Source: Dehalococcoidia bacterium (GTDB taxonomy: Bacteria; Chloroflexota; Dehalococcoidia; UBA2979). From it: a stretch of DNA of 64,000 bases. Positions 42,810 to 53,932 of this stretch are shown in pieces (position 1 is the first letter of the stretch; each line of letters starts with the position of its first letter). The stretch lies in assembly GCA_964291495.2 (NCBI GenBank), contig OZ219871.1, positions 1,376,001 through 1,440,000 of the forward strand. The letters run 5' to 3'. A model generated the notes under the pieces. That model did no database searches. It saw only the letters and a program-made list of their open reading frames with translations, and was not told where the DNA came from. The position numbers and the translations under genes are program-made.

Positions 42810-43676
42810 CTACCCTCCAGCCCGCTCGACGGCTCGGCGCAGGGCTCGCAGGGTGAGCACCCGCACCATGTCTCGCTTGTACTCCTCGGAGCCGCGCAGG
42901 TCGGCCGCCGGCTCCGAGGCGGCAGCCGCCAGCTCGGCGGCGGTCCGCAGCGCCTCGTCGTCGAGGCTGCTGCCGAGCAGCGAGTCCTCGGCCTCGCTCG
43001 CGCGGATCGTCGTCGGTCCGACCGCGGTGAGGCCGATCCCGGCCGCGCTGCAGCTGCCGTTCGAGCGCGTGATCTGCACGGCGACGGCCGCCGTGGCGAA
43101 GTCGCCGACCTTGCGTTCCAGCTTCTCGTAGGCGCCGCCGCTTCCGTCGGTCGGTTGCGGGACGCGCACCTCGGTGAGGATCTCGCCCTCATCGAGCGTG
43201 GTCATGAACGGTCCGAGCAGCAGCTCGTCGATCGAGAGCGTGCGCTCGCCGCCCGGCCCGGCGACGCCGACCTCGGCGCCCAGCGCGGTCATGACCGATC
43301 CGAGATCCCCCGCGGGGTCGGCGTGGGCGAGCGAGCCGCCCGTCGTGCCGCGGTTGCGCACGAGCGGGTCCGCGATGACGGCGGCGGCGTCGGCGATCAG
43401 CGGATAGCGCGAGGCGATCAGCTCCGAGCGCTCCAGCGCCGAGTGGCGGGTCATCGCGCCGATGCGCAGCTGCCCGTCGGACTCCTCGATGCCGCTCAGC
43501 GAGTCGACCGTGTTGAGGTCGACGAGCACGGCGGGGGAGGCGAGCCGCAGCTTCATCAGCGGGATCAGGCTCTGGCCGCCGGCGAGCACGCGCGCGTCGG
43601 AGCCGTGCTCGGCGAGTAGTGCGAGTGCTTCGTCCAGCGTCGAGGGGGCGTGGTATTCGAACTGTCCGGGGATCAT
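42810..43676 (-). CDS. coxM: CO dehydrogenase medium (FAD) subunit
   Basis: [37 protein letters not shown]. Confidence 0.96.
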   Translation of the reverse strand: MIPGQFEYHAPSTLDEALALLAEHGSDARVLAGGQSLIPLMKLRLASPAVLVDLNTVDSLSGIEESDGQLRIGAMTRHSALERSELIASRYPLIADAAAVIADPLVRNRGTTGGSLAHADPAGDLGSVMTALGAEVGVAGPGGERTLSIDELLLGPFMTTLDEGEILTEVRVPQPTDGSGGAYEKLERKVGDFATAAVAVQITRSNGSCSAAGIGLTAVGPTTIRASEAEDSLLGSSLDDEALRTAAELAAAASEPAADLRGSEEYKRDMVRVLTLRALRRAVERAGG

Positions 43677-43769
43677 CGGGGTACTCCTTGGCGTTCGCCC
43701 GGGCGGATGCTACAAGGCAATCACGAGTCTAGTAGGAACCGACCCGCTTGTGGGGCGAGGAGTGCGGCG

Positions 43770-44216
43770 ATGGAGATCAAGATCGACAAGACCTTCAAGG
43801 TGAACGCGCCGATCGACCGCGTCTGGGACTTCCTCACCGACCCCGAGCAGGTGGTGCAGTGCATGCCCGGCGCCGAACTGGACGAGGTGATCGACGAGCG
43901 CAACGTGCGCGGCCGCGTCGGCGTGAAGGTCGGACCCGTCGAGGCCCGCTACCGCGGCCAGGCGACCTTCGAGGAGCTCGACGAGGAGAACCACCGCATC
44001 CGCGTCGTCGGCCAGGGTATGGGCGACGGCAGCGCCGACATGCAGCTGGCGGGCGAGCTGCGTGCGCTGGACGACGGCAGCACCGAGGCCGAGTTCGCGG
44101 CGGCCGTCAACGTCGGCGGCCGCATGGCGCAGGTCGGCTCGCGCCTGATCAAGTTCGTCTCGGACCGCCTCTTCCAGCAGTTCGTCTCGCGCGTGCGCGA
44201 GCAGCTCGAGACGTAG
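43770..44216 (+). CDS. coxG: CoxG (SRPBCC) family protein
   Basis: VW..L.DP..V..CMPGA, VKVGPV...Y.G, G.MAQ.GSRLI; divergent from coxM. Confidence 0.88.
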   Translation: MEIKIDKTFKVNAPIDRVWDFLTDPEQVVQCMPGAELDEVIDERNVRGRVGVKVGPVEARYRGQATFEELDEENHRIRVVGQGMGDGSADMQLAGELRALDDGSTEAEFAAAVNVGGRMAQVGSRLIKFVSDRLFQQFVSRVREQLET

Positions 44217-44233
44217 CGAGCCGGGAAACGCGG

Positions 44234-45421
44234 TTACTCCCCGGGGTCGATTGGAAGCACGGCCGGGTCGTCCGCGCCGAGCAGGACGCTGCCGACCGAC
44301 TCGTAGTGTTCCCTCGAGGCTGCGACGTGCTGCTTCGCCACATTGAGGTCGCGGAGGGCGCGTTCGATGCGGTGCTCGGTGAAGATGGCGTTGCTGCCGG
44401 CGGCGTCATAGAGCAACTGCACCGCTCGCAGCGCTTCATGCACCGAGTGCATCAGCGCCAGTCGCGCGATCCAGGTCCGCCGCATGGCGTCGGGCGCGTC
44501 CTCGTGCGCCGCGATCCATGCCGCCTCGACCGCCTCGAGGAGGAAGGCGCGGGCGCTCCGGACGATCGCCTCGGCCTCGGCGATCGCGCTCTGCACACGC
44601 GGGCGGTTGCGCAGCAGCGTGGCCGAGTGCTTCGAGCCGTGCGTCTGGGCGAGCGCGCTCAGATCCTCGATCGCGCCGCGCGCCATGCCCAGGGAGTTGC
44701 CGCCGTGCAGCGACCAGCCCCAGGTGCCGACGTACGGCCGGCGGTAGCGCGGGCCGGGGAACGGGGACGGGTCGGCGTACCACATCGTTCGTTCCGCCGG
44801 GACGAAGCGGTCGCGCACCACGAAGTCGTTGCTGCCCGTGCCGCGCATGCCCATCACGGTCCACGTATCGAGGACCTCGCCGTCCCCGTGCGGAATGAAC
44901 GCGATGCGCTGCAGCGGCTCACCGTCGGCGCCAACGCGCCGCTCGCCGCCCGGGCGGTCGAGGATCCAGAAGCCCCCGAGGATCCAGTTGGAGTGCATGA
45001 CCCCGCTGACGAAGTCCCAGCGTCCGTCAATGACATAGCCGCCCTCGACCTCGACGGCGGTTCCCTGGGGTAGATTCGCGCCGCCGACCAGGATGTCCGC
45101 CGAGCCGCGACTCTCGAGGGCGCGCATGCCCGCGATCGCCTCGGAGGAGAGCCAGCCGAGCAGCGCCGACTCGAACGATCCGTTCTGCGCCAGCCAGCCG
45201 GCGGAGCCGTCCGCGCTACCGATCAGCTCGATGGCGCGAATGGCGGTGGTGGGTTCGGCCTCCGCACCGCCGTAGGCGGCGGGCGCCAGCAGCGTGAAGA
45301 GCCTGGCTTCGGCCATGGCCTCAACGATCTCGTCGGGTAGCTGGCGCTCGGCCTCGATCGTGTCGGCGGCGGCACGGATTCGGGGCGCGATGGCCGCTGC
45401 CGCAGCTACGACGTCGAACAT
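44234..45421 (-). CDS. Acyl-CoA dehydrogenase-fold flavin-dependent monooxygenase (HsaA-like)
   Basis: E..RQLP, ADGSAGW, G.W.FVSG, W...GMRGTGS, AGSNAI......ER..RD. Confidence 0.85.
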   Translation of the reverse strand: MFDVVAAAAAIAPRIRAAADTIEAERQLPDEIVEAMAEARLFTLLAPAAYGGAEAEPTTAIRAIELIGSADGSAGWLAQNGSFESALLGWLSSEAIAGMRALESRGSADILVGGANLPQGTAVEVEGGYVIDGRWDFVSGVMHSNWILGGFWILDRPGGERRVGADGEPLQRIAFIPHGDGEVLDTWTVMGMRGTGSNDFVVRDRFVPAERTMWYADPSPFPGPRYRRPYVGTWGWSLHGGNSLGMARGAIEDLSALAQTHGSKHSATLLRNRPRVQSAIAEAEAIVRSARAFLLEAVEAAWIAAHEDAPDAMRRTWIARLALMHSVHEALRAVQLLYDAAGSNAIFTEHRIERALRDLNVAKQHVAASREHYESVGSVLLGADDPAVLPIDPGE

Positions 45422-45500
45422 GGGACGCTGAGCATAGCAGCCGAGGCAGCGGCGAACGGCGGCGACGCGTCAGGGCGCAGCCCTCGCGACGGGGCGCGCG

Positions 45501-46925
45501 CTACAGCGTGACGCCGGCGAGGGCCTGGCCCTGCGCGATCGCCCGGCGGACCTGCTCCGCCGAGGGCAGCTCGGCGTAGATGCGCAGCAGCGGCTCGGTC
45601 CCGCTGAAGCGCATCAGCAGCCACCAGCCGCCCTCGAGGGTGAAGCGGTAGCCGTCCAGCGTGTCGCGTGAGACCACGCGCAGCCCGGCGATCTCCGAGG
45701 GCGTCGCGGCTGCCGCCTGCTCCGCGATCGCGTCGCGCTCCTCCTCGCGCAGGGTGACGTCGACGCGGTCGTACTCGTGCGGCCCGAGCTCGGCGTACAG
45801 CTCCGCGAGGAGCTGCGAGGCGGGCTTGCCGGTCTGCACCATGTAGTCGAGCAGCAGCAACCCGGACAGCACGCCGTCGCGCTCCGGGATGTGGCCGCGG
45901 AAGGCGTAGCCGCCCGACTCCTCGCCGGCGGTGATCGCGTCCTCGTCGATCATCCTCGGCCCGAGGTGCTTGAAGCCGACGGGCGTCTCGAAGACCGGGC
46001 AGTCGTGGCGCTCGCCGAGCAGGTCGACCATGCGCGTCGTCGTGATCGAGCGCACGATCGCGCCCCGCTCGCCGCGCACCTCCAGCAGGTAGCGCACGAG
46101 CAGGGCGAAGACCTGGAGCTGGTTGAGGAAGCGCCCCTGCTCGTCGACCAACCCGAAGCGATCGCCGTCGCCATCAGTTGCGAGGCCGACGTCGTGCTCA
46201 CCCTCCTGGAGCAGCCGCATCAGCGCGCCGAGGTTGGGGGCGATCGGCTCCGGCGCGCGCATGCCGGGGAAGGCCGGGTTCGGCTCGCCGTGCAGCTCGT
46301 GCACGGTCGTGGCGCCCTCGCCGATCGCGGCCGCCGTCAGCCCACCCGCCGCGCCGTACATCGAATCGACTGCGACGCGCAGTCCCGCCTCGCGGATGCG
46401 TTCGAGGTCGACGAACTCACGCAGCGCCGCGAGATAGGGCGGATTCGGGTCGAAGCGCTCGATTCTCGCCGCGCCCTCGCCGTCGGCGCCGCCCGCCGCC
46501 CCGCCGCCATCGAGGATGGCCGGCACGGCCTGCTCGATCTCGCTCGTGACCTCGGGAGGGGCGGAGTTACCGGCGGCCTGTTTGACCTTGAAGCCGTTCC
46601 AACGCGCCGGGTTGTGGCTCGCCGTGATCACCACGCCCGCCGCCGCTTCGCGGTCCAACACCGCGTGCGAGAGCGCCGGGGTCGGTGCGGCCCTTGAGGC
46701 GAGCGCGACGGCGATGCCGTTCGCGGCCAGGACCTCGGCGGCCGCGGTCGCGAAGGCGTCGGAGAGGAAGCGCGTGTCGTAGCCGACGACCACGCCGCTG
46801 CGGGCCTGCCCGGTGCGGCGCAGCCAGCCCGCGGTCGCCTGCGCGACCGCGCGCACGTGCTCGAAGGTGTAGTCCTCGGCGATGACGGCGCGCCAGCCGT
46901 CCGTGCCGAAACGGATCTCGGCCAT
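45501..46925 (-). CDS. Phosphoglucomutase/phosphomannomutase
   Basis: FGTDGWR, TASHNP, DGDGDR, GEESGG, R.SGTEP. Confidence 0.95.
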   Translation of the reverse strand: MAEIRFGTDGWRAVIAEDYTFEHVRAVAQATAGWLRRTGQARSGVVVGYDTRFLSDAFATAAAEVLAANGIAVALASRAAPTPALSHAVLDREAAAGVVITASHNPARWNGFKVKQAAGNSAPPEVTSEIEQAVPAILDGGGAAGGADGEGAARIERFDPNPPYLAALREFVDLERIREAGLRVAVDSMYGAAGGLTAAAIGEGATTVHELHGEPNPAFPGMRAPEPIAPNLGALMRLLQEGEHDVGLATDGDGDRFGLVDEQGRFLNQLQVFALLVRYLLEVRGERGAIVRSITTTRMVDLLGERHDCPVFETPVGFKHLGPRMIDEDAITAGEESGGYAFRGHIPERDGVLSGLLLLDYMVQTGKPASQLLAELYAELGPHEYDRVDVTLREEERDAIAEQAAAATPSEIAGLRVVSRDTLDGYRFTLEGGWWLLMRFSGTEPLLRIYAELPSAEQVRRAIAQGQALAGVTL

Positions 46926-48064
46926 CAGGCCTCGCCCGTTCCGAGGGCCGACGCGGGAGTCATCACCCGACCGTCGCGGTAGACATCGTCCGGATCCAGC
47001 AGCGTCCCGGCTCGCGGCCGCTCGCCCGCCTCGACGGCGGCGCCGTGGGCGAGCACCGCGCCCTCGAGGACCGCGCCCGCACTGACGCGCGCGCCCGTGG
47101 CCAGCACCGAGTCGCGCACCTGTGCGCCCTCGCCGATGGTCACGCCGTCCCAGAGCACGCTGCCGGCCACGCTCGCGCCGCGCCCGATCTGGCAGCCCGC
47201 CCCGGCCACCACGCCGCCCTCGAGGATCGCGCCCTCACCGACGCGCGTCCCGGCGCCGAGCAGCGCCCGGCCCTCGACACGCGCGTCCGCGGCGAGATCG
47301 GCCTCGCCGATCGCGCGTCCGTCCTCGGGCCAGCCGGGGGGCAGCAGCGAGGGGGCCGCCCCGGCGAGGAGGTCGAGGTTGGTCTGCAGGTAGGCCTCGG
47401 GGTTGCCGACGTCGGCCCAGTAGCCCTCGTGGCGGTGGCCGAAGATGCCGCGCCCGTCCGCGGCGAGGTTCGGGAACAGCTCGTCCTCCACCCGGTTGAA
47501 GCGGTTCGCGTCGAGCATCCGCCCGACCTCGGACTCGAACAGCCAGAGCCCGGCGTTGATCAGCCTCGAGGGAGCCTCCTCGCGCGGGGGCTTCTCGACG
47601 AAGCGCGTGATCCGCTCGCCGTCGCCGAGCACGACCACGCCGAAACGCGAGGGATCCTCGACCTCGGAGAGGGCGATTGAGAGCTCGGCGGTGCGTTTGC
47701 GGTGCCTGGCGGTGAAGGCACCGAGGTCGATGTCGCTCACGATGTCGCCGTTGCAGACGAGGAAGGGCTCGTCCCAGCCCGCGGAGGCGTTGGCGATCGC
47801 GCCGCCGGAGCCGAGCGGCTCGCCCTCAAGGACGCACTCGATCTCAAGGCCCGGCGGCGAGGCGTCGCCCGTGAAGGCGGCCTCGATCGCCTCGTCGCGC
47901 TCGGTCATCGCGAAGGTGACACGGTCGAAGCCATGACTGTGCAGGGCGTCGAGCAGGTAGGAGAGGAGTGGGCGGTTGAGGATCGGGACGAGTTGCTTCG
48001 GCGACCGCCACGAGAGCGGGCGCAGCCGCGTTCCCTTGCCGCCGATGAGCACGACCGCGCGCAC
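46925..48064 (-). CDS. NDP-sugar pyrophosphorylase (mannose-1-phosphate guanylyltransferase-like) with hexapeptide repeats
   Basis: GGKGTRLRPL...PK, EPLGSGG, NGD, F.EKP, W.DVG.P; C-terminal left-handed beta-helix repeats. Confidence 0.9.
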   Translation of the reverse strand: MRAVVLIGGKGTRLRPLSWRSPKQLVPILNRPLLSYLLDALHSHGFDRVTFAMTERDEAIEAAFTGDASPPGLEIECVLEGEPLGSGGAIANASAGWDEPFLVCNGDIVSDIDLGAFTARHRKRTAELSIALSEVEDPSRFGVVVLGDGERITRFVEKPPREEAPSRLINAGLWLFESEVGRMLDANRFNRVEDELFPNLAADGRGIFGHRHEGYWADVGNPEAYLQTNLDLLAGAAPSLLPPGWPEDGRAIGEADLAADARVEGRALLGAGTRVGEGAILEGGVVAGAGCQIGRGASVAGSVLWDGVTIGEGAQVRDSVLATGARVSAGAVLEGAVLAHGAAVEAGERPRAGTLLDPDDVYRDGRVMTPASALGTGEA

Positions 48065-48065
48065 G

Positions 48066-49286
48066 TTACCCGTCGAGGCCTGCGCTCTGGCGCAGTGCGT
48101 CCACTGTGTCCAGCTGCTCCCACGGCAGATCGAGCAGGGGGCGTCCGAAGTGCCCGTAGGCCGCCGTCTGCTGGTAGATCGGGCGGCGCAGCTCGAAGCG
48201 GTCGATGATCGCAGCGGGCCGCAGGTCGAAGTGCTCGTCGATCAGGCGCACGAGGTCCGCGTCGGGCAGCTTCCCTGTCCCGAACGTCTCGATCGCAACC
48301 GAGGTCGGGTGCGCCACGCCGATCGCGTACGAGACCTGTACCTCGATGCGGTCGGCGAGGCCGGCCGCGACGATGTTGCGCGCGACGTGGCGCGCGGCGT
48401 AGGAGGCCGAGCGATCCACCTTCGTCGGATCCTTGCCGCTGAAGGCGCCGCCGCCGTGGCGGGCGATGCCGCCGTACGTGTCGACGATGATCTTGCGGCC
48501 GGTCAGCCCGGCGTCGCTGGCCGGTCCGCCCGAGACGAAGCGCCCGGTCGGGTTCACGAAGATCTTGTCCTCGGCGAGGCCTGCCAGCAGCTCCTCCGGG
48601 CAGACGTATTCGATGACGAGCTTGCGCACGTCCTCGCGCAGCTGCTCGATGCGCACGTCGGGGTCGTGCTGGGTGGAGACGACGACGGCTTCGAGGCGCT
48701 TCGGGACGCCGTACTCGTACTCGATCGTGACCTGCGACTTGCCGTCGGGGCGCAGGTAGGGCAGCACGCCGCTCTTGCGCAGCGCCGCCAGCCGCTGCGC
48801 GAGCCGGTGCGCCAGCCAGAGCGTGAGCGGGATGTGATCAGGCGTCTCGTTGCAGGCGAAGCCGATCATCATTCCCTGGTCGCCCGCGCCGATCTGGTCG
48901 TACACGTCCTCCGAGCCGCGCTCGCGCGCCTCCATTGCCGCGTCGACGCCGCGTGCGATGTCGCTGGCCTGCTCCTTGAGCGAGGAGATGACGCCGCAGG
49001 TGCGCCAGTCGAAGCCGACCTCGGAGTCGTCGTAGCCGACTTCGCGGATGGTCTGGCGCACGACGTCCTGGAGGTCGACCCAGGACGTCGTGCTGACCTC
49101 GCCGAAGACGAACACCAAGCCGGTGTTGACGGCCGTCTCGCAGGCGACGCGGGCGTCGGGATCCTTCTCAAGCAGCGCGTCGAGCACGGCGTCCGAGATC
49201 TGGTCGCAGAGCTTGTCCGGGTGCCCCTCGGTGACCGACTCGCTGGTCAGCAGCAGGGACGGCGAGTCGAAGAAGGTGTTGCTCAT
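48066..49286 (-). CDS. metK: S-adenosylmethionine synthetase
   Basis: [44 protein letters not shown]. Confidence 0.98.
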   Translation of the reverse strand: MSNTFFDSPSLLLTSESVTEGHPDKLCDQISDAVLDALLEKDPDARVACETAVNTGLVFVFGEVSTTSWVDLQDVVRQTIREVGYDDSEVGFDWRTCGVISSLKEQASDIARGVDAAMEARERGSEDVYDQIGAGDQGMMIGFACNETPDHIPLTLWLAHRLAQRLAALRKSGVLPYLRPDGKSQVTIEYEYGVPKRLEAVVVSTQHDPDVRIEQLREDVRKLVIEYVCPEELLAGLAEDKIFVNPTGRFVSGGPASDAGLTGRKIIVDTYGGIARHGGGAFSGKDPTKVDRSASYAARHVARNIVAAGLADRIEVQVSYAIGVAHPTSVAIETFGTGKLPDADLVRLIDEHFDLRPAAIIDRFELRRPIYQQTAAYGHFGRPLLDLPWEQLDTVDALRQSAGLDG

Positions 49287-49362
49287 GCGCCCGCCGTGCC
49301 TTCCGCGCGTCTTCGCGCTCGATTGGACCGCAGTTCCGCCGCAGCCGCCATCGGGGCGGCGC

Positions 49363-50670
<1,308 letters not shown>

Positions 50671-51600
50671 TTACTCGCCGGGCGCGACGCGCACGAGGCG
50701 CTCACCGTCCGGGCCGCGCCGCGCGAAGCGGCGGCGCAGCACGGCGCCTAGTCCGAGCACGTCGCGGCGCTGGAAGCGAGCCTCGTGCACCGGCGCGCCT
50801 CGCCCGTAGCCGAGCCGCTCGTAGGCGCGCAGCGCGGGGGCGTTGTCCGGGTCGACGGTCAGCGTCACCTGCCAGCAGCCGCGCTCCAGCAGGTCGGCGG
50901 TGACGGCCGAGGTGACGCGCGTCGCGAGCCCGCGGCCGCGCGCCGAGGCGCGCGTGAAGACGTTGCCGACCACGCCGATGCCCATGCCCGGCGAGACGAG
51001 GTGCGTCCCGGCGACGGCGGCCAGCGAGCCGCCCTCGAAGACACCGTAGTAGACGCCCTGCTCGATGTGCTCGCCGCGGTAGCCGGTGGGACCGCCGCCG
51101 GTCGCGTAGAGCGCGTTCAGCTGGCGCGCGTCGCGTGCGGCGAGGCGCTGCACGGTGCGCTGGCCGATGCCCGCGCCGATCGGCTGGAAACTGTCGGCGT
51201 CCACCGACATGCGGATCATCGAGATCAGGCCGCCGAGCGTGTAGACGCCGCGCACGGCCGGCAGGTGCTCCGGGGCGCAGGTTGCGAGGTAGCCGCCTCG
51301 CGGGCCCGGGTGCAGGGACAGGGCCGCGGCGGCCGCGGCCGGGTCGCCGCTGATCACGCTCATGCGCCCCAGCGAGCCGTTGGCGTGCATCACCACCGCG
51401 TGCGCGCCCGCCGGTCCTTCGGCCGTCCAGAACCGTGCATCGGCGAAGAGGCCGCTATCGAGGTGCCCGATCGCGAACGCGGCAAAGGCGCGGTCGTCGG
51501 CGAGGAGCGCAAGCAGGCGCTGGCTGTCGCGCTCCTCGTGCACGCGGTAGATCGCGGAGTCGCCCTCGACGGCGTGGTCTTGCGAGAGCGTCCGGGTCAT
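50671..51600 (-). CDS. GNAT family N-acetyltransferase
   Basis: GNVFT...RGRGLA, L.V..DN.PA...Y.RLG. Confidence 0.85.
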   Translation of the reverse strand: MTRTLSQDHAVEGDSAIYRVHEERDSQRLLALLADDRAFAAFAIGHLDSGLFADARFWTAEGPAGAHAVVMHANGSLGRMSVISGDPAAAAAALSLHPGPRGGYLATCAPEHLPAVRGVYTLGGLISMIRMSVDADSFQPIGAGIGQRTVQRLAARDARQLNALYATGGGPTGYRGEHIEQGVYYGVFEGGSLAAVAGTHLVSPGMGIGVVGNVFTRASARGRGLATRVTSAVTADLLERGCWQVTLTVDPDNAPALRAYERLGYGRGAPVHEARFQRRDVLGLGAVLRRRFARRGPDGERLVRVAPGE

Positions 51601-52481
51601 GGCTCGTCCGGCGGCTCGCCGTGGTAGCGCCGCAGCAGCAGCGCGAGCCGCCGTCGCGTCTCCGGCGGGACGAGGTCCGGCGAGGTGACGAGCGCCGAGG
51701 CGAGCGCGTCGCCGCAGCCGCAGTCTCCGCGCGCGCCCAGCCCGGCGACGGTGCGCACCAGCGCCTGGCGGCCGCGCGCGGCGTTCCTCGAGAGGTTCTC
51801 CAGCACCATGTCCGCGCTCACGTCCTCCTGCGAGTCGCGCCAGACGTCGTAGTCGGTGACGAAGCAGAGCGCCGCGTAGCAGAGCTCGGCCTCGCGGGCG
51901 AGCTTCGCCTCAGGGATCGCCGTCATCCCGATGATCGTGCCGCCCGCGTCGCGGTTGACCCGCGCCTCCGCGCGCGTCGAGAACGATGGACCCTCGGTCA
52001 CCACCAGCGCGCCGCCTCGATGCGTCGTGACGCCACTCGCCTCGGCCGCGTCGGCCAGCGCGGTCGCGAGGTCGGCGCAGAACGGGTCGGCGAAGCCGAT
52101 GTGCACGACCATCCCGTCGCCGAAGAAGGTGTGCGGCCGCTTCCAGTTCGTGCGGTCGATGATCTGGTCCGGCGCGACGGCGTGCAGCGGCGCGATCTCC
52201 TCGCGCAGCGAGCCGACGGCGGAGAGCGAGATCACGCGCTCCGCCCCGAGCTGCTTCAGCGCGTGGATGTTGGCGCGCGCGGGCACCTCGGACGGCAGTA
52301 GCCGGTGCCCCTCGCCGTGCCGCGCGATGAAGGCGACGCGCCGCCCCTCGATCGTGCCGGCGACGATCGGCCCGCTGGGCGCGCCGAAGGGCGTCTCGAC
52401 CTCGAGCCGCTCGGCGTCGCGCAGCTCCTCGAGCTGGTAGAAGCCGGATCCGCCGATGACGCCGATCTCCGCGGTGCTCAT
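51597..52481 (-). CDS. mtnP: S-methyl-5'-thioadenosine phosphorylase
   Basis: IGGSG.Y, TPFG.PS, RHG..H, EGP.FSTRAE, GMT..PEAKLAREAE.CY, TDYD.W. Confidence 0.95.
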   Translation of the reverse strand: MSTAEIGVIGGSGFYQLEELRDAERLEVETPFGAPSGPIVAGTIEGRRVAFIARHGEGHRLLPSEVPARANIHALKQLGAERVISLSAVGSLREEIAPLHAVAPDQIIDRTNWKRPHTFFGDGMVVHIGFADPFCADLATALADAAEASGVTTHRGGALVVTEGPSFSTRAEARVNRDAGGTIIGMTAIPEAKLAREAELCYAALCFVTDYDVWRDSQEDVSADMVLENLSRNAARGRQALVRTVAGLGARGDCGCGDALASALVTSPDLVPPETRRRLALLLRRYHGEPPDEP

Positions 52482-52491
52482 CTCGTCTCCA

Positions 52492-53031
52492 TCAGTACGT
52501 CACCAGCGACGTTACCCCGTGCGGGGCCAGCCGGTCGCGTCCGCCGAGCCCGGCGAGCTCGACGACGAAGGCGAAGCCGGCCACCTCGCCGCCGAGGCCG
52601 GCGACCAGCTGCGCCGCCGCCTCGGCGGTGCCGCCCGTCGCGATCAGGTCGTCGACGATCGCGACGCGGTGGCCGCCCACCGAGGGGTCGCGGTGCACCT
52701 CGAGCGAGGCCGAGCCGTACTCAAGCTCGTAGGCGACGGAGGCGCGGTCGGCGGGCAGCTTGCCCGGCTTGCGCATCGGCACGAACGGCACGCTGAGGCG
52801 CTCCGCGACGGGCACGCCGAAGATGAACCCGCGCGCCTCGATGCCCGCGACGAGCGTCGCGCCGTAGCCGCGCGCCACCTCGGCGAGCGCGTCGTTGGTC
52901 TCGCGCAGGCCGTCGGGGTCGTGGAGCAGCGGGGTGATGTCGCGAAAGAGGATGCCGGGCTCGGGGAAGTCCGGGATCGCGCGAATCAGCGCGCGCAGCC
53001 GTCCGCCGTCCAGCGGGGCCGATGCCGTCAT
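52492..53031 (-). CDS. apt: Adenine phosphoribosyltransferase
   Basis: PDFP.PGI.FRDITP, GIEARGF, RKPGKLP, Y.LEYG, VDDLIATGGT. Confidence 0.96.
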   Translation of the reverse strand: MTASAPLDGGRLRALIRAIPDFPEPGILFRDITPLLHDPDGLRETNDALAEVARGYGATLVAGIEARGFIFGVPVAERLSVPFVPMRKPGKLPADRASVAYELEYGSASLEVHRDPSVGGHRVAIVDDLIATGGTAEAAAQLVAGLGGEVAGFAFVVELAGLGGRDRLAPHGVTSLVTY

Positions 53032-53038
53032 GCGCCCG

Positions 53039-53067
53039 ATGCTGCGTTCCGTCGGCTGCCCGGTCAA
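53039..53067 (-). promoter_or_regulatory. Probable leaderless promoter for apt
   Basis: Minus strand TTGACC, 17-nt spacer, CAGCAT, 7 nt, ATG; no Shine-Dalgarno. Confidence 0.55.
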
Positions 53068-53119
53068 GCACGCCCGGCTGCCTGTCCGCCGCTCGCGGCG
53101 TGGTGCTAGCATCGCGCGA

Positions 53120-53932
53120 ATGCTGGAGCCGCCCGTCGACCCGTTCGCGCAGATCGCGCCCTTCTACGACCTCGATCTGGAGGGCTTCGACGACGATCTT
53201 GCGCTCTACCTCGCGCTCGCCGGGCGCGCGGCGGCGCGCGACGGTCGCGAGGACGTGCTGGAGCTGGGCTGCGGCACGGGCCGGGTCGCCCTCGCCCTCG
53301 CCGGCGCCGGCTTCGGCGTCGCCGGCGTCGACTACAGCGCGGCGATGATCGAGGCCGCCCGCGCGCGCACCGAGGGCCTGCCCGTCCGCCTCGTCGAGGG
53401 CGACATGCGCTCGCTCGCCCTCGGGGCGAGCTTCGGCCTCGTGCTCGTCCCGCTCGGCGGCCTGCAGCACCTCGAGACGACCGAGGACCTCGCCGCCGCC
53501 TTCGCGACCATCGCCGTACACCTCGCGCCCGACGGGATCGCGGCCGTCGACGTCGAGGCGCCGCACGCAGACGACTGGCTGCCGGGCCCGCGCCCGCTGG
53601 TCGAGCACTGGACGCGCCCGCTGCCCTGCGAGGACGGCGAGGCGCACGTGACGAAGCTCGTCGCCGTCGAGGGCGCGCCGAGCGAGTCGCTGCGCCTCGT
53701 GACGTGGCACTTCGACGTGCAGCCGCCGTCCGGTCCGCTGCGCCGCGTCACGCAGCAGTTCGCGCTGCGCGTCATCACCGCCGGCGAGATCGAGCTGGCC
53801 GCGCGCCTCGCGGGCCTCCGCTTCGACGCCTGGTACGGAGACTACGAGGGCGCCCCGCCGCGCGACGGCGACGAGCGGCTGATCGCCGTACTCTCGCACG
53901 AGGATGACGAGGAGCCGGAGGACGCGCCGTGA
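53120..53932 (+). CDS. Class I SAM-dependent methyltransferase
   Basis: YD, VLELGCGTGR, GVD.S..M, GDMR; extended -10 TGcTAGCAT 7 nt before the ATG. Confidence 0.9.
   Translation: MLEPPVDPFAQIAPFYDLDLEGFDDDLALYLALAGRAAARDGREDVLELGCGTGRVALALAGAGFGVAGVDYSAAMIEAARARTEGLPVRLVEGDMRSLALGASFGLVLVPLGGLQHLETTEDLAAAFATIAVHLAPDGIAAVDVEAPHADDWLPGPRPLVEHWTRPLPCEDGEAHVTKLVAVEGAPSESLRLVTWHFDVQPPSGPLRRVTQQFALRVITAGEIELAARLAGLRFDAWYGDYEGAPPRDGDERLIAVLSHEDDEEPEDAP

Noticed and set aside
49287-49362. SAM or SAH riboswitch upstream of metK or ahcY
   Set aside because: The spacers are short and I could not find SAM-I, SAM-II or SAH consensus elements; an Infernal search would be needed to exclude them fully.
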